From: Candidatus Zixiibacteriota bacterium
Lineage (GTDB): Bacteria > Zixibacteria > MSB-5A5 > CAIYYT01
Reading direction: 5' to 3'
DNA: 62,786 nucleotides
Assembly: GCA_040235515.1 (NCBI GenBank)
Contig: JBECKX010000064.1
Location: 1 to 62,786 of the forward strand
Notes under the pieces: model-generated
The model's input: only the letters and a program-made list of their open reading frames with translations
Databases searched by the model: none
What the model was told of the DNA's origin: nothing
Position numbers and translations under genes: made by a program
Part shown: piece after piece, positions 28,123 through 35,940 of the stretch
Layout of the letters: each line of letters starts with the position of its first letter
Numbering within the stretch: the stretch's first letter is position 1

Positions 28123-28895
28123 AAGGCGAGCCCGACTTAACGAACTCGCCTCCACGGTGACCCACTGAAAGGGATGCTTCCAATTAGTCTTGCAGTAAGT
28201 CTTCCGGGATGACCTGTAGATCACCTAGTATCTGAATGTCCCCTTCACGACGATCTGGCTGCTGTTGCTGCCGCTCAGCCTCTTTGAAAATGTCGTAGCT
28301 TCGTCGTTGTTGTAGAGCTGCGACGGATTGAAGGAGACCACACCCATCAGGTCGCTGCCGATCAGATCGAAGTCCCACAGTTCGATACGAAGATCATCAA
28401 CATAGAGGTATTCGAGCGGCAGCTCGTTGCCGGTGATTCCGCCACGCTTGGTAAAGGTGTAGGTGCCGTTGTAGTCGACATCATTGATCGTATTCGACGA
28501 ATAGTCGGCCTCTCCACCTGAGCGCCCCAGCCTGACGAAGAGGTCAGCTTTTTTCCAGGCAACGATCAATTCCGAGGGATCCCAGTCCTTGTCCTGGGTG
28601 CGGGTTACCTGGATACTGCTGATTGTGATCTTTTGCGGCTTCTTGATCTGGACCGGCGGCGGATCGGTCTTGCCATCACCGGGATCGGTCGGATTATTCG
28701 ACGAGGAGCAGCCAACCATCAGCAGTGTGCAGAGCGAGAGCCCGACAAGGAGCTGCAGCAGATTTCTGCTATAACTGCGAGTGTTTCTGAGATTAGACAT
28801 TTCGATTTCCTCCAGTAGGATTGTAAGTGGTTGAATTCGTCTTCACCCCACAACGCAGGAAAGCTGGAGAAAAGCGATCAATGTTTTTTCATCAG
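28123..28895 (-). repeat. tandem duplication unit, copy A (terminator hairpin + CDS + conserved 5' leader)
   Basis: Collinear with 28938-29705 at an offset of about 810 nt. Shared blocks include TTCGATTTCCTCCAGT at the start codon and CGTCTTCAC..ACGCAGGAAAGCTGGAG.AAA.CGATCAA upstream, plus a GGCGAG...CTCGCC hairpin downstream of the stop. Confidence 0.75.
28225..28800 (-). CDS. lipoprotein of unknown function, paralogue A (C2-domain-like signature)
   Basis: 191 aa. Lipobox LMVGCSSS, Pro/Asp linker, about 140-aa beta-rich domain ending KGTFRY. GGAGGAAATCGAA-ATG SD. Roughly 60-65 percent identical by eye to the next gene. Confidence 0.75.
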   Translation of the reverse strand: MSNLRNTRSYSRNLLQLLVGLSLCTLLMVGCSSSNNPTDPGDGKTDPPPVQIKKPQKITISSIQVTRTQDKDWDPSELIVAWKKADLFVRLGRSGGEADYSSNTINDVDYNGTYTFTKRGGITGNELPLEYLYVDDLRIELWDFDLIGSDLMGVVSFNPSQLYNNDEATTFSKRLSGSNSSQIVVKGTFRY

Positions 28896-28937
28896 CTTTC
28901 ACTTTTTTTAAAAGCGACGGTGAGTGATAAATGAAGA

Positions 28938-29705
28938 GGGCGAGCCTGTTTCCAGACTCGCCCTGCTTGCCTCCCGCTGGGAGGGGTTCTATCCTCTGCT
29001 CTCCTGCGACAGCAGAATCAATGATTAGTACCGGAACGTACCCTTGACCACGATGCGGCTGTCTTTGTTGCCGTAGAGGGTCTTGCTGAAGGTGGTAGCT
29101 TCGTCGTTGTTGTAGAGGGAGGAGGCATTGAAGGTGATGTGACCCATGTCGTCGTCGCCAACGACATCGTTATCCCACAGTTCGATGCGGATACGATCCA
29201 CATAGAGGTAGGTCAGCGGCAGCTTGTTGCCGGTGAGACCGCGACGGTTGGTGAAGGTATAGGATCCACCGGGGTTGACGTCATTCACGACATTTGATTC
29301 ATAATCGACGTTGCCACCCGAGAGACCCATCTTGACAAAGAGGTCGGCCTTCTTCCACTCGCGAATCAATTCGGAGGGATCCCAGTCTTTGTCCTGGGTA
29401 CGAGTCACCTTGATGCTGTTGATCGTGACCTTGACCGGCTTTTTGATTTCCACGACCGGCGGATCGGTAGTGTTGTTATCGTCCGGGTTCATCGGGTTGC
29501 TGTCAGAAGAACTACAGCCGACGAGCAGGAGCGTGCAGAGCATCAGTCCAAAGAGCACCTTGATCAGGTTGCGGCTGCCGGCGTTTGTGGTGGTGAGTGC
29601 GTTTCTCATTTCGATTTCCTCCAGTGAGTTTGAAAAAGTGTTTATTTCGTCTTCACTACACCACGCAGGAAAGCTGGAGTAAACCGATCAAACTTTTTTG
29701 ATTTT
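28938..29705 (-). repeat. tandem duplication unit, copy B
   Basis: See copy A. The conserved leader block lies at 29646-29700, and the GGGCGAG...CTCGCCC hairpin at 28938-28963. Confidence 0.75.
29025..29609 (-). CDS. lipoprotein of unknown function, paralogue B (C2-domain-like signature)
   Basis: 194 aa. Lipobox LLVGCSSS. Same architecture, same SD context and same C-terminal KGTFRY as paralogue A. Confidence 0.75.
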   Translation of the reverse strand: MRNALTTTNAGSRNLIKVLFGLMLCTLLLVGCSSSDSNPMNPDDNNTTDPPVVEIKKPVKVTINSIKVTRTQDKDWDPSELIREWKKADLFVKMGLSGGNVDYESNVVNDVNPGGSYTFTNRRGLTGNKLPLTYLYVDRIRIELWDNDVVGDDDMGHITFNASSLYNNDEATTFSKTLYGNKDSRIVVKGTFRY

Positions 29706-29920
29706 TCTTGAAATTGCCTCAACTGGGGGGTAAAGAGGCCCAGATCGGGGCGAGAAGGGGGAAAAGCGACCAGAAATCATTACACTTATCGCAAAACTGT
29801 CGGTTTCCTGAACATTCCCATATCAGGCTAAAATTGGCTGTCACGGGTGCACCCAGTTTAAATCTCTGAGAATCAGCGAAATAAGAATCCGATGAGCAAT
29901 GGCAAGGGAATTGCTCAATA

Positions 29921-29949
29921 TTGACCGAAGATATCTAACTTTTTCCAAT
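29921..29949 (+). promoter_or_regulatory. candidate sigma70-type promoter for the PA14/PEP-CTERM gene, with an adjacent inverted repeat
   Basis: TTGACC (29921-29926), 17-nt spacer, TCCAAT (29944-29949). A perfect 7-bp inverted repeat GAGCAAT-N9-ATTGCTC at 29894-29916 abuts the -35. Confidence 0.3.
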
Positions 29950-29965
29950 TCGGAGGATGATTATC

Positions 29966-30655
29966 ATGAGAATCAGAAGGTTGATCATTGGGATGATGGT
30001 GGCGGCCCTGGCGATTCCCGCCGTCGCAAACGCCGGGCTTCTGGGCACATACTACAACTTGTCTTCAAGCCATCCCGATATGCAGACCACGATTACAGGT
30101 GTTCAGACCGGCTGGGTCGAGAGCGCGCTCACGGGTGATTCCCCGACGCTTACCGCCGCGGGTGCGGCAAACATCAACCAGTTCGACTGGTGGGACAGTC
30201 AGTATGAGTCATTCTCGCGCGTTGATTCAGATTGGGATCTGCGACACAATTTCCAGAGTTCCTGGTTTCCGGTGAACGAAGGCGAGGCCGGTGACCCGTA
30301 CCATTTTGCGGTCAAGTGGACCGGTCATTTCTACGTGAATGAGACCAAATTCTACAATTACAGCATGGGTTCCGATGATGATTCATGGCTCTTCATCGAC
30401 AAGCAGCTTACCCTTGATCTCGGCGGAATTCACGCGCTCAGCTACACGAACTACAATCTCTTCCTGACCAAGGGTTGGCACAGCATCGATATCTTCTTCG
30501 CCGAGCGTCATACGGTGCAGTCAGGTTTCCAACTCAATTTCTGTTCCGATCTCGAGCCGGGAACAGCCCCGCAGATTCCTGAGCCGGCGACTCTGATCCT
30601 TTTCGGCGCGGGTGTTATGGGTATGGGGATTGTGCGTAGACGGAGAAGCAAATAA
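29966..30655 (+). CDS. PA14/fibro-slime-domain protein with PEP-CTERM sorting signal
   Basis: GGAGG lies 9 nt upstream of the ATG at 29966 (the ORF is open from 29957). GLLGTYYNL and DDDSWLFIDKQLTLDLGGIHA (PA14/fibro-slime). C-terminal PEPATLILFGAGVMGMGIVRRRRSK (PEP motif + TM + Arg cluster). Confidence 0.8.
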   Translation: MRIRRLIIGMMVAALAIPAVANAGLLGTYYNLSSSHPDMQTTITGVQTGWVESALTGDSPTLTAAGAANINQFDWWDSQYESFSRVDSDWDLRHNFQSSWFPVNEGEAGDPYHFAVKWTGHFYVNETKFYNYSMGSDDDSWLFIDKQLTLDLGGIHALSYTNYNLFLTKGWHSIDIFFAERHTVQSGFQLNFCSDLEPGTAPQIPEPATLILFGAGVMGMGIVRRRRSK

Positions 30656-30697
30656 AGCAGATCTAAAGATCTGTAAAAGAGTCACTTGAGACTTCAA

Positions 30698-30729
30698 ACG
30701 GAGCGCCGAACAGGTGCTCCGTTTTTTTT
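30698..30729 (+). terminator. rho-independent terminator
   Basis: ACGGAGC-(11 nt)-GCTCCGT hairpin followed by TTTTTTTT. Confidence 0.7.
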
Positions 30730-30736
30730 GTTACGT

Positions 30737-31225
30737 TTACAACGACTGGATACTCTGCGGACTGATCGAGACGTTGCGGCCGGTGACAATCCTGCGCTGG
30801 TAGTCGATCTGGCCCAAGTGAAAACCTAAATGGGTACAGAGGTGGATCAGGAACACGCAGGTATTGAGCGTCCGCTCACCGAGTTTCACCGGGTAATCGG
30901 CGATAAGGGCGGCTTCGGGAAGACGTGCCAGAGTCTCGCCCACGATCCTGATCGTGTCGTCGACCTCCGCGAGCAATTCCGGCAAGCTTAAGTCGCGGGC
31001 GGAGAATTCCCACTCACGATCGCGAGCATATTCGGAAGTACCCAGTGCGTTCCCGATGAAGTGGCGCAGATTGCCGCAGAGATGGAGTATCAGAGTTCCC
31101 GCAGAGTTGTTGATTCCCTTCGGCACCTGCCAGACTTCGCTGGCATCCTCGAAAGCTTCCACTTCGTTGCGAAGGGAATTCAGATCGCGGAGCATAACTG
31201 TGCGAATATGGTCGATTGTGTTCAA
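30737..31225 (-). CDS. DinB-family (DinB_2/DUF1572-like) metal-dependent protein
   Basis: 162 aa. Four-helix-bundle His triad context: LHLCGNLRHFIG ... HLCTHLGFHLGQIDYQRR. Confidence 0.8.
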   Translation of the reverse strand: MNTIDHIRTVMLRDLNSLRNEVEAFEDASEVWQVPKGINNSAGTLILHLCGNLRHFIGNALGTSEYARDREWEFSARDLSLPELLAEVDDTIRIVGETLARLPEAALIADYPVKLGERTLNTCVFLIHLCTHLGFHLGQIDYQRRIVTGRNVSISPQSIQSL

Positions 31226-31343
31226 GGGGATTGACCTCGTAGATTACAATTCAGAGATACAAAGGATAAAGGCACCCGCATCCGCGAGTGCCTTTAACGC
31301 TTTAACACCAGTCTGAGTCACCAGTTGAACTAATGCAGTACCG

Positions 31344-32552
31344 CTACTTCTTCGCCGTCTTCTTTGAAGCAGTCTTAGTGGCGGTCTTGCCGGTGATCTT
31401 CGATGCAGTCTTGCGAGCCGGTTTCTTGGCGGCCGGCTTCTTGGCAGCGACGCGCGGGCGCGCCTTGCTTTTCGGCTGCTGGCCATAGGTTGCGACAAAC
31501 TGCTCGGTTGCCTTGCGCGCATCATCGTCGAAGTACTGCACGGGCGGCGACTTCATGAAGTATGATGACGGCGCCTCGAGAGCTGACGAGAGACCGTTAT
31601 CGAGCGCCAGCTTGCAGCAGCGGATCGCGTCGATGACAACGCCGGCGGAGTTGGGTGAATCCCAGACTTCCAGCTTCATCTCGGCATTCAACGGCACATC
31701 GCCGAAAGTACGCCCTTCCATGCGGATGTAGGCCCACTTGCGATCGGTCAGCCAGGCGACATAGTCACTCGGTCCGATGTGGCAGTTCTCGGCGCCCATA
31801 TCGTAGTCGAGCTGCGAGGTGACTGCTGAGGTTTTCGAGATCTTCTTTGATTCGAGACGGCTGCGCTCCAGCATATTCAGGAAATCGGTGTTCCCGCCTA
31901 CGTTCAGCTGGCTGGTACGTTCGAGGCGGACGCCGCGCTCGCGGAAGAGGCGAGTCATGACGCGGTGGGTGATCGTGGCGCCGACCTGCGACTTGATATC
32001 GTCACCGATAATCGGCAGACCCTTCTTCTCGAACCGGGCGCGCCAGAATTTCTCGCGGGCGATGAATACCGGAATACAGTTCACGAAGGCACAGCCTGCC
32101 TGCAGGACCTGTTCCACATACCACTTGGTGGCTTCCTCCGAGCCGACCGGCAGATAGTTGACCACGACATCGGTCTTGGTCTCTTTGAGGACCTTGGCGA
32201 CATCGACAGCATCACCGGGAGCCTTCTCGATAATCTCAGAGAGATACTTGCCGAGACCATCGTGGGTCATGCCGCGAACGACCGTGAGGTTCTTCTTCGG
32301 GACATCCGAGAATTTGTAGGTATTATTCGGCTTGGTGAAGATCGCTTCGGCGAGATCCTTGCCGACCTTGTTCTTGTCGATATCGATGGCACACGAAAAC
32401 TCGATGTCACTGATATGATAACCACCCAGGTTGACATGCATCAGTCCTGGAATGAAATCGGTCTCTTTGGCGTTCTTGTAATATTCAACGCCCTGAACGA
32501 GTGATGACGCGCAGTTACCCACGCCTATAATGCCAACTCGTACCTTTCCCAT
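31344..32552 (-). CDS. myo-inositol-1-phosphate synthase (inositol-3-phosphate synthase) with Lys/Ala-rich C-terminal tail
   Basis: [22 protein letters not shown]-binding N-terminus, [30 protein letters not shown]. The last 44 residues are [25 protein letters not shown]...KKTAKK. Confidence 0.9.
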   Translation of the reverse strand: MGKVRVGIIGVGNCASSLVQGVEYYKNAKETDFIPGLMHVNLGGYHISDIEFSCAIDIDKNKVGKDLAEAIFTKPNNTYKFSDVPKKNLTVVRGMTHDGLGKYLSEIIEKAPGDAVDVAKVLKETKTDVVVNYLPVGSEEATKWYVEQVLQAGCAFVNCIPVFIAREKFWRARFEKKGLPIIGDDIKSQVGATITHRVMTRLFRERGVRLERTSQLNVGGNTDFLNMLERSRLESKKISKTSAVTSQLDYDMGAENCHIGPSDYVAWLTDRKWAYIRMEGRTFGDVPLNAEMKLEVWDSPNSAGVVIDAIRCCKLALDNGLSSALEAPSSYFMKSPPVQYFDDDARKATEQFVATYGQQPKSKARPRVAAKKPAAKKPARKTASKITGKTATKTASKKTAKK

Positions 32553-32623
32553 ATCTTGTCTACTCCTCCGAAAATTATGCGAGAACCTGTTAAATACTCT
32601 GCCTGGTCAAATCTCTGACGACA

Positions 32624-33532
32624 TCAGCGCGACGCCGCAGCCTTCAGCATAAGTTTATCCTTACGAGCTTCCACTTCCTCGATCGTCAGAGGAAAGTCAG
32701 GCCCGCAGTTTTCAATCATGACGGATGATACGCAACCCGCGAAGCATCCTGCTTGAAAATAGTCATAATCTTTGTCGAGTGCATAGATCATTCCGGCGGC
32801 ATAGGTGTCGCCCGCGCCGGTAGAATCTTTGGCGGTCGTGGCATAGGCGGGAATTCGATGCATCTCGTTGCCGTCATAGATAACCGAGCCTTCCTCGGCA
32901 AGCGTGATGATTACGAGTCCGGGCCCCCAATCCTTGAGCATCTTTGCCGGAGTCTCGTAGTCTTCCCGGGGGTCGATGCCGGTGAGCACCTTGCATTCCA
33001 TTTCGTTCGGTTTGAACACATCCGACAGAGCCGCGACGCGCTTGATTTCGGCAGTTTTCTCATGAACGATGCGATCACCCTCGACGCGCCGCAGGAAGCC
33101 CTGCGGGTCGGTAAAGATCTTCGCGCGGCTCCGCTCCTTGACCATCTCGACATACTCAAGGTCGATTTCCTGCAGGATCGGCCCCAGCAGTATCCAATCC
33201 GAATCGGCATAGTCATCCGGGAAGAAATCGATCTTACCGGCGTCACCGAGAACGTCGAGTGTACGATTGCCGTGCTTGTCATAATAGATCAGCTTGAACC
33301 CACCTGACTCTTCCGACTCTTCGACTGCATAGCGAATCCCGAACCGCTCCATGTCGGTGCGAAACCGCTGATCGAAGTCATGGCCCACTCTGCCGACGAG
33401 TGCTGTTTCCTTACCCAGTTTCGACAACGCCAGGCAGGCATTCGTGGAACAGCCGGATAAGACACGCCCTTCGGTCTTCAGGTAAGGCGTTTCGATGAGA
33501 TCAAAGACCGGATTACCGATACCGGTGATCAT
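32624..33532 (-). CDS. PfkB/ribokinase-family sugar kinase (candidate myo-inositol kinase by context)
   Basis: 302 aa. DSTGAGDTYAAGMIYAL (DTxGAGD ATP/anion-hole motif). N-terminal GNPVFD...GG substrate-lid region. ATGA overlap with the upstream gene. Confidence 0.85.
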   Translation of the reverse strand: MITGIGNPVFDLIETPYLKTEGRVLSGCSTNACLALSKLGKETALVGRVGHDFDQRFRTDMERFGIRYAVEESEESGGFKLIYYDKHGNRTLDVLGDAGKIDFFPDDYADSDWILLGPILQEIDLEYVEMVKERSRAKIFTDPQGFLRRVEGDRIVHEKTAEIKRVAALSDVFKPNEMECKVLTGIDPREDYETPAKMLKDWGPGLVIITLAEEGSVIYDGNEMHRIPAYATTAKDSTGAGDTYAAGMIYALDKDYDYFQAGCFAGCVSSVMIENCGPDFPLTIEEVEARKDKLMLKAAASR

Positions 33533-34206
33533 AGATTATTTTCTCTTTCGTCGAGGATTTTCTTGGCGTAGAAGAGTCGCTGGATACTTGTAATATATGA
33601 GACGACACCAATCACGATCAATGAATAGGTCAGCAGGTGATAGCCGGGGAAGAAGAACTCGGCGGCGGAACCCAGCATCAGGATAATCAGCTTCTCCAGC
33701 CTGCCGACGGCGCCAACGGCGACATTGTCAATCTTGCCCTGCGATTCGGCCGCCTCCCGCGTATAGCTGGCGATTATCATCCCGAAGAGAGCGAACATCG
33801 CCCAGACCGGATTGGTATATCCCGACGCAGCAACCCCCATCAGGATCACAGCTTCGGCATAACGATCAGAAACGTGATCCAAGATACCGCCGAAGGTTGT
33901 CCCGCAGTTTCCGGCACGAGCCGTCGCACCGTCGAGCATATCAGTCAGCATCGTCAACAGTGTGGCAACAGCCCCGACGAGTAGTGAAGCGCTGCCAAAC
34001 AGGAGCGAGCCCTTCCAATATGTTGCGCCAGCCACCAATGAGACCCCGAACGAGATCAGCGTGAGCACATTCGGTGTTAACCCCAATTTCAGACAGATTC
34101 TACCGTAGGGGATTGAAGCGCTCTCGTAGGTTACGCGGCGCTTCTGCTGCATTTGCTCCATTACCAATTTAGCTGATCCTTCGCCAGGCATCGACTTTCT
34201 TGTCAT
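33529..34206 (-). CDS. CDP-alcohol phosphatidyltransferase (candidate phosphatidylinositol-phosphate synthase by context)
   Basis: Exact D-x2-DG-x2-AR-x8-G-x3-D-x3-D motif (DMLDGATARAGNCGTTFGGILDHVSD). About 6 TM helices. 225 aa. Confidence 0.85.
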   Translation of the reverse strand: MTRKSMPGEGSAKLVMEQMQQKRRVTYESASIPYGRICLKLGLTPNVLTLISFGVSLVAGATYWKGSLLFGSASLLVGAVATLLTMLTDMLDGATARAGNCGTTFGGILDHVSDRYAEAVILMGVAASGYTNPVWAMFALFGMIIASYTREAAESQGKIDNVAVGAVGRLEKLIILMLGSAAEFFFPGYHLLTYSLIVIGVVSYITSIQRLFYAKKILDERENNL

Positions 34207-34397
34207 ACCAATCCCAGTCCGCAGGGTATACGCACCCTTGCAGTCAAATCAAGGCACAAAAATAGCCCGATTAGTTGGCGTGGTCAAGTGAAAAGGGGGG
34301 TGGTTCAGTCCGAAAGAAGCAGCGGCGGCGGGTGTTTCTGCACGATTTTCAATGGTTGGATTCAACTGCGATACAATCAGAACACAACGGCACAACG

Positions 34398-34856
34398 TTA
34401 GCGCACAGACCTGATATAGTGAATGTAGTCCGTCAGTGGCGGTTCACAGCCCGACTCCCGCAGTATCGAATTGACCTGTCCCCTATGGTAAGCCGAATGC
34501 AGCAACACCTGCGTGATGATATCACGGGGAGTGTTAACAAACTCCTCACCCTTGCTGTTGCTGTAACTAATGGATAGATCGAGGTCAGAAATCATGATTC
34601 TGTCGAGGTATTTTTTCCATGTTTGCAGGCCACGATCGTTGTGATCCGGATAGCTGCTGACCTCAAGATCAGGCCATACCGCAAGTTGAGGGGCATCCTC
34701 TCCAAGTCTGCTGAGCCACAACCATTGGGCGGCATAGACGTGGCTGGTAATCCTGACGGCTTTTTCCGGCGGCGCTGCGAGTGCTGACAACGCCTTGTTT
34801 ATTTCATTGTTCGCCCAGTGACTGTAGAGGAATTGCAGCTTGAAATAATCGAGCAT
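34398..34856 (-). CDS. DinB-family protein
   Basis: 152 aa. FLYSHWANNEI ... LLHSAYHRGQVNSILR. 2-nt gap from the upstream YhaM-like gene. Confidence 0.8.
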   Translation of the reverse strand: MLDYFKLQFLYSHWANNEINKALSALAAPPEKAVRITSHVYAAQWLWLSRLGEDAPQLAVWPDLEVSSYPDHNDRGLQTWKKYLDRIMISDLDLSISYSNSKGEEFVNTPRDIITQVLLHSAYHRGQVNSILRESGCEPPLTDYIHYIRSVR

Positions 34857-34858
34857 AA

Positions 34859-35860
34859 TTATTCTTCCCTCTCATGTTCGAGCAGAGAGCCTTGCTGCGG
34901 CTCCGGCTCGTCAGCTAGCTTTTTCTTCCTGAGATAGAGCTGCGTTTGCAGGAGATTGACATATCCTGAGAACTCGGCTCCGTCGTTTTCCGGTTTGCTG
35001 CGAATACGTTGCATTGCATTGAGTTTGGAATCGATCTCATCGAGGAAGTAGAGCACGAAGGCCTCCTCGAAGACCGGTTCGACCGGCACCGAATACTCTT
35101 TTTTCCCCTGATGTGAGAGAATCATGTGTAGCAGCTTCTTGACATTGACATCACTCAGCAGATCGAGTCGTTCTGCGGTTTGCCGCACCATATCCCAGCC
35201 GATGACGATGTGACCGTACAAACGGCCGTCCGTCGAGTATCCCAGCGTACTGCCAACCGCGAGTTCATAAATCTTACCGATATCGTGCAGGAGACCGCCC
35301 GCCAGTAGCAGCGAGCGATCGAGGTGGTCGTAGTGATCACACAGTTTATCGGCGGCTTGCGCGATCGAAAGGGAGTGCTCGGCCAATCCACGCAGGTAAC
35401 CATGATGCCATCGGGTTCCGGCGGGGGCCTCGAAATAGCGCGGTTTGACCTCGTCCGAGTAGATCGTCTCGATTACGAGTTGACGCACCTGTTCGTCTGA
35501 AATCTTATTGATGATCTCCTCCACCTGGGCTTCCAATTCTTCTGCGGAGAAACGTGAGGCCGCGACCAGCTCGGAGAGATCATACTCATCTGCCTGAGCC
35601 GGCCTGATTTTTTCAACTTGAAGCTGTAGCGCGCCGCGATACTCCCCCACCAACCCCTTGACCTTCACTACCTGCGCATCCTTGATTTCTTCGTGGGCGG
35701 CCTCGGCTTCATCACCCCACATTATGCCGGGCAGATGGCCGGTGGCGTCTGAAATCTCAAGCGACAGTCTTACTCCGCCGGTGAAGGGGATCAGCTCATT
35801 CTTGCTGAGCGCGTAGAATCCGAGCAGGGAGTCTCCTGCCTTTGCCGAACGTAACTGCAT
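34859..35860 (-). CDS. 3'-5' exoribonuclease YhaM-like (OB-fold + HD domain)
   Basis: 333 aa. N-terminal OB-fold-like region (VVKVKGLVGEYRGALQLQVEKI). HD domain (HHGYLRGLAEHSL...LLHDIGKIYE). Confidence 0.8.
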   Translation of the reverse strand: MQLRSAKAGDSLLGFYALSKNELIPFTGGVRLSLEISDATGHLPGIMWGDEAEAAHEEIKDAQVVKVKGLVGEYRGALQLQVEKIRPAQADEYDLSELVAASRFSAEELEAQVEEIINKISDEQVRQLVIETIYSDEVKPRYFEAPAGTRWHHGYLRGLAEHSLSIAQAADKLCDHYDHLDRSLLLAGGLLHDIGKIYELAVGSTLGYSTDGRLYGHIVIGWDMVRQTAERLDLLSDVNVKKLLHMILSHQGKKEYSVPVEPVFEEAFVLYFLDEIDSKLNAMQRIRSKPENDGAEFSGYVNLLQTQLYLRKKKLADEPEPQQGSLLEHEREE

Positions 35861-35940
35861 GCGGGCAATTTTGCATGAGAAGGAGCGAGTGTCAAGGAAA
35901 TTGCTTGCCCGATTCCTTTCCTCACTTGTAGAATGGGGCG

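Noticed and set aside
28810-28869. Possible anti-Shine-Dalgarno hairpin in the leaders of the duplicated lipoprotein genes. CTCCAG overlapping the SD complement pairs with CTGGAG about 50 nt away; the same pairing occurs at 29619-29679.
   Set aside because: Only 6 bp can pair across a ~48-nt loop, and flanking bases do not extend the helix. Both arms are identical in the two copies, so there is no covariation evidence. This is too weak to call a riboregulator.
31244-31525. 93-aa Arg-rich ORF on the same strand as MIPS, in another frame over the MIPS tail.
   Set aside because: It is the alternative-frame reading of the Lys/Ala-rich tail (AAG/GCC repeats read as Arg/Pro/Ser). The MIPS frame is continuous from the conserved core, so no separate gene is needed. 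It matters only if an indel error exists near 31480.
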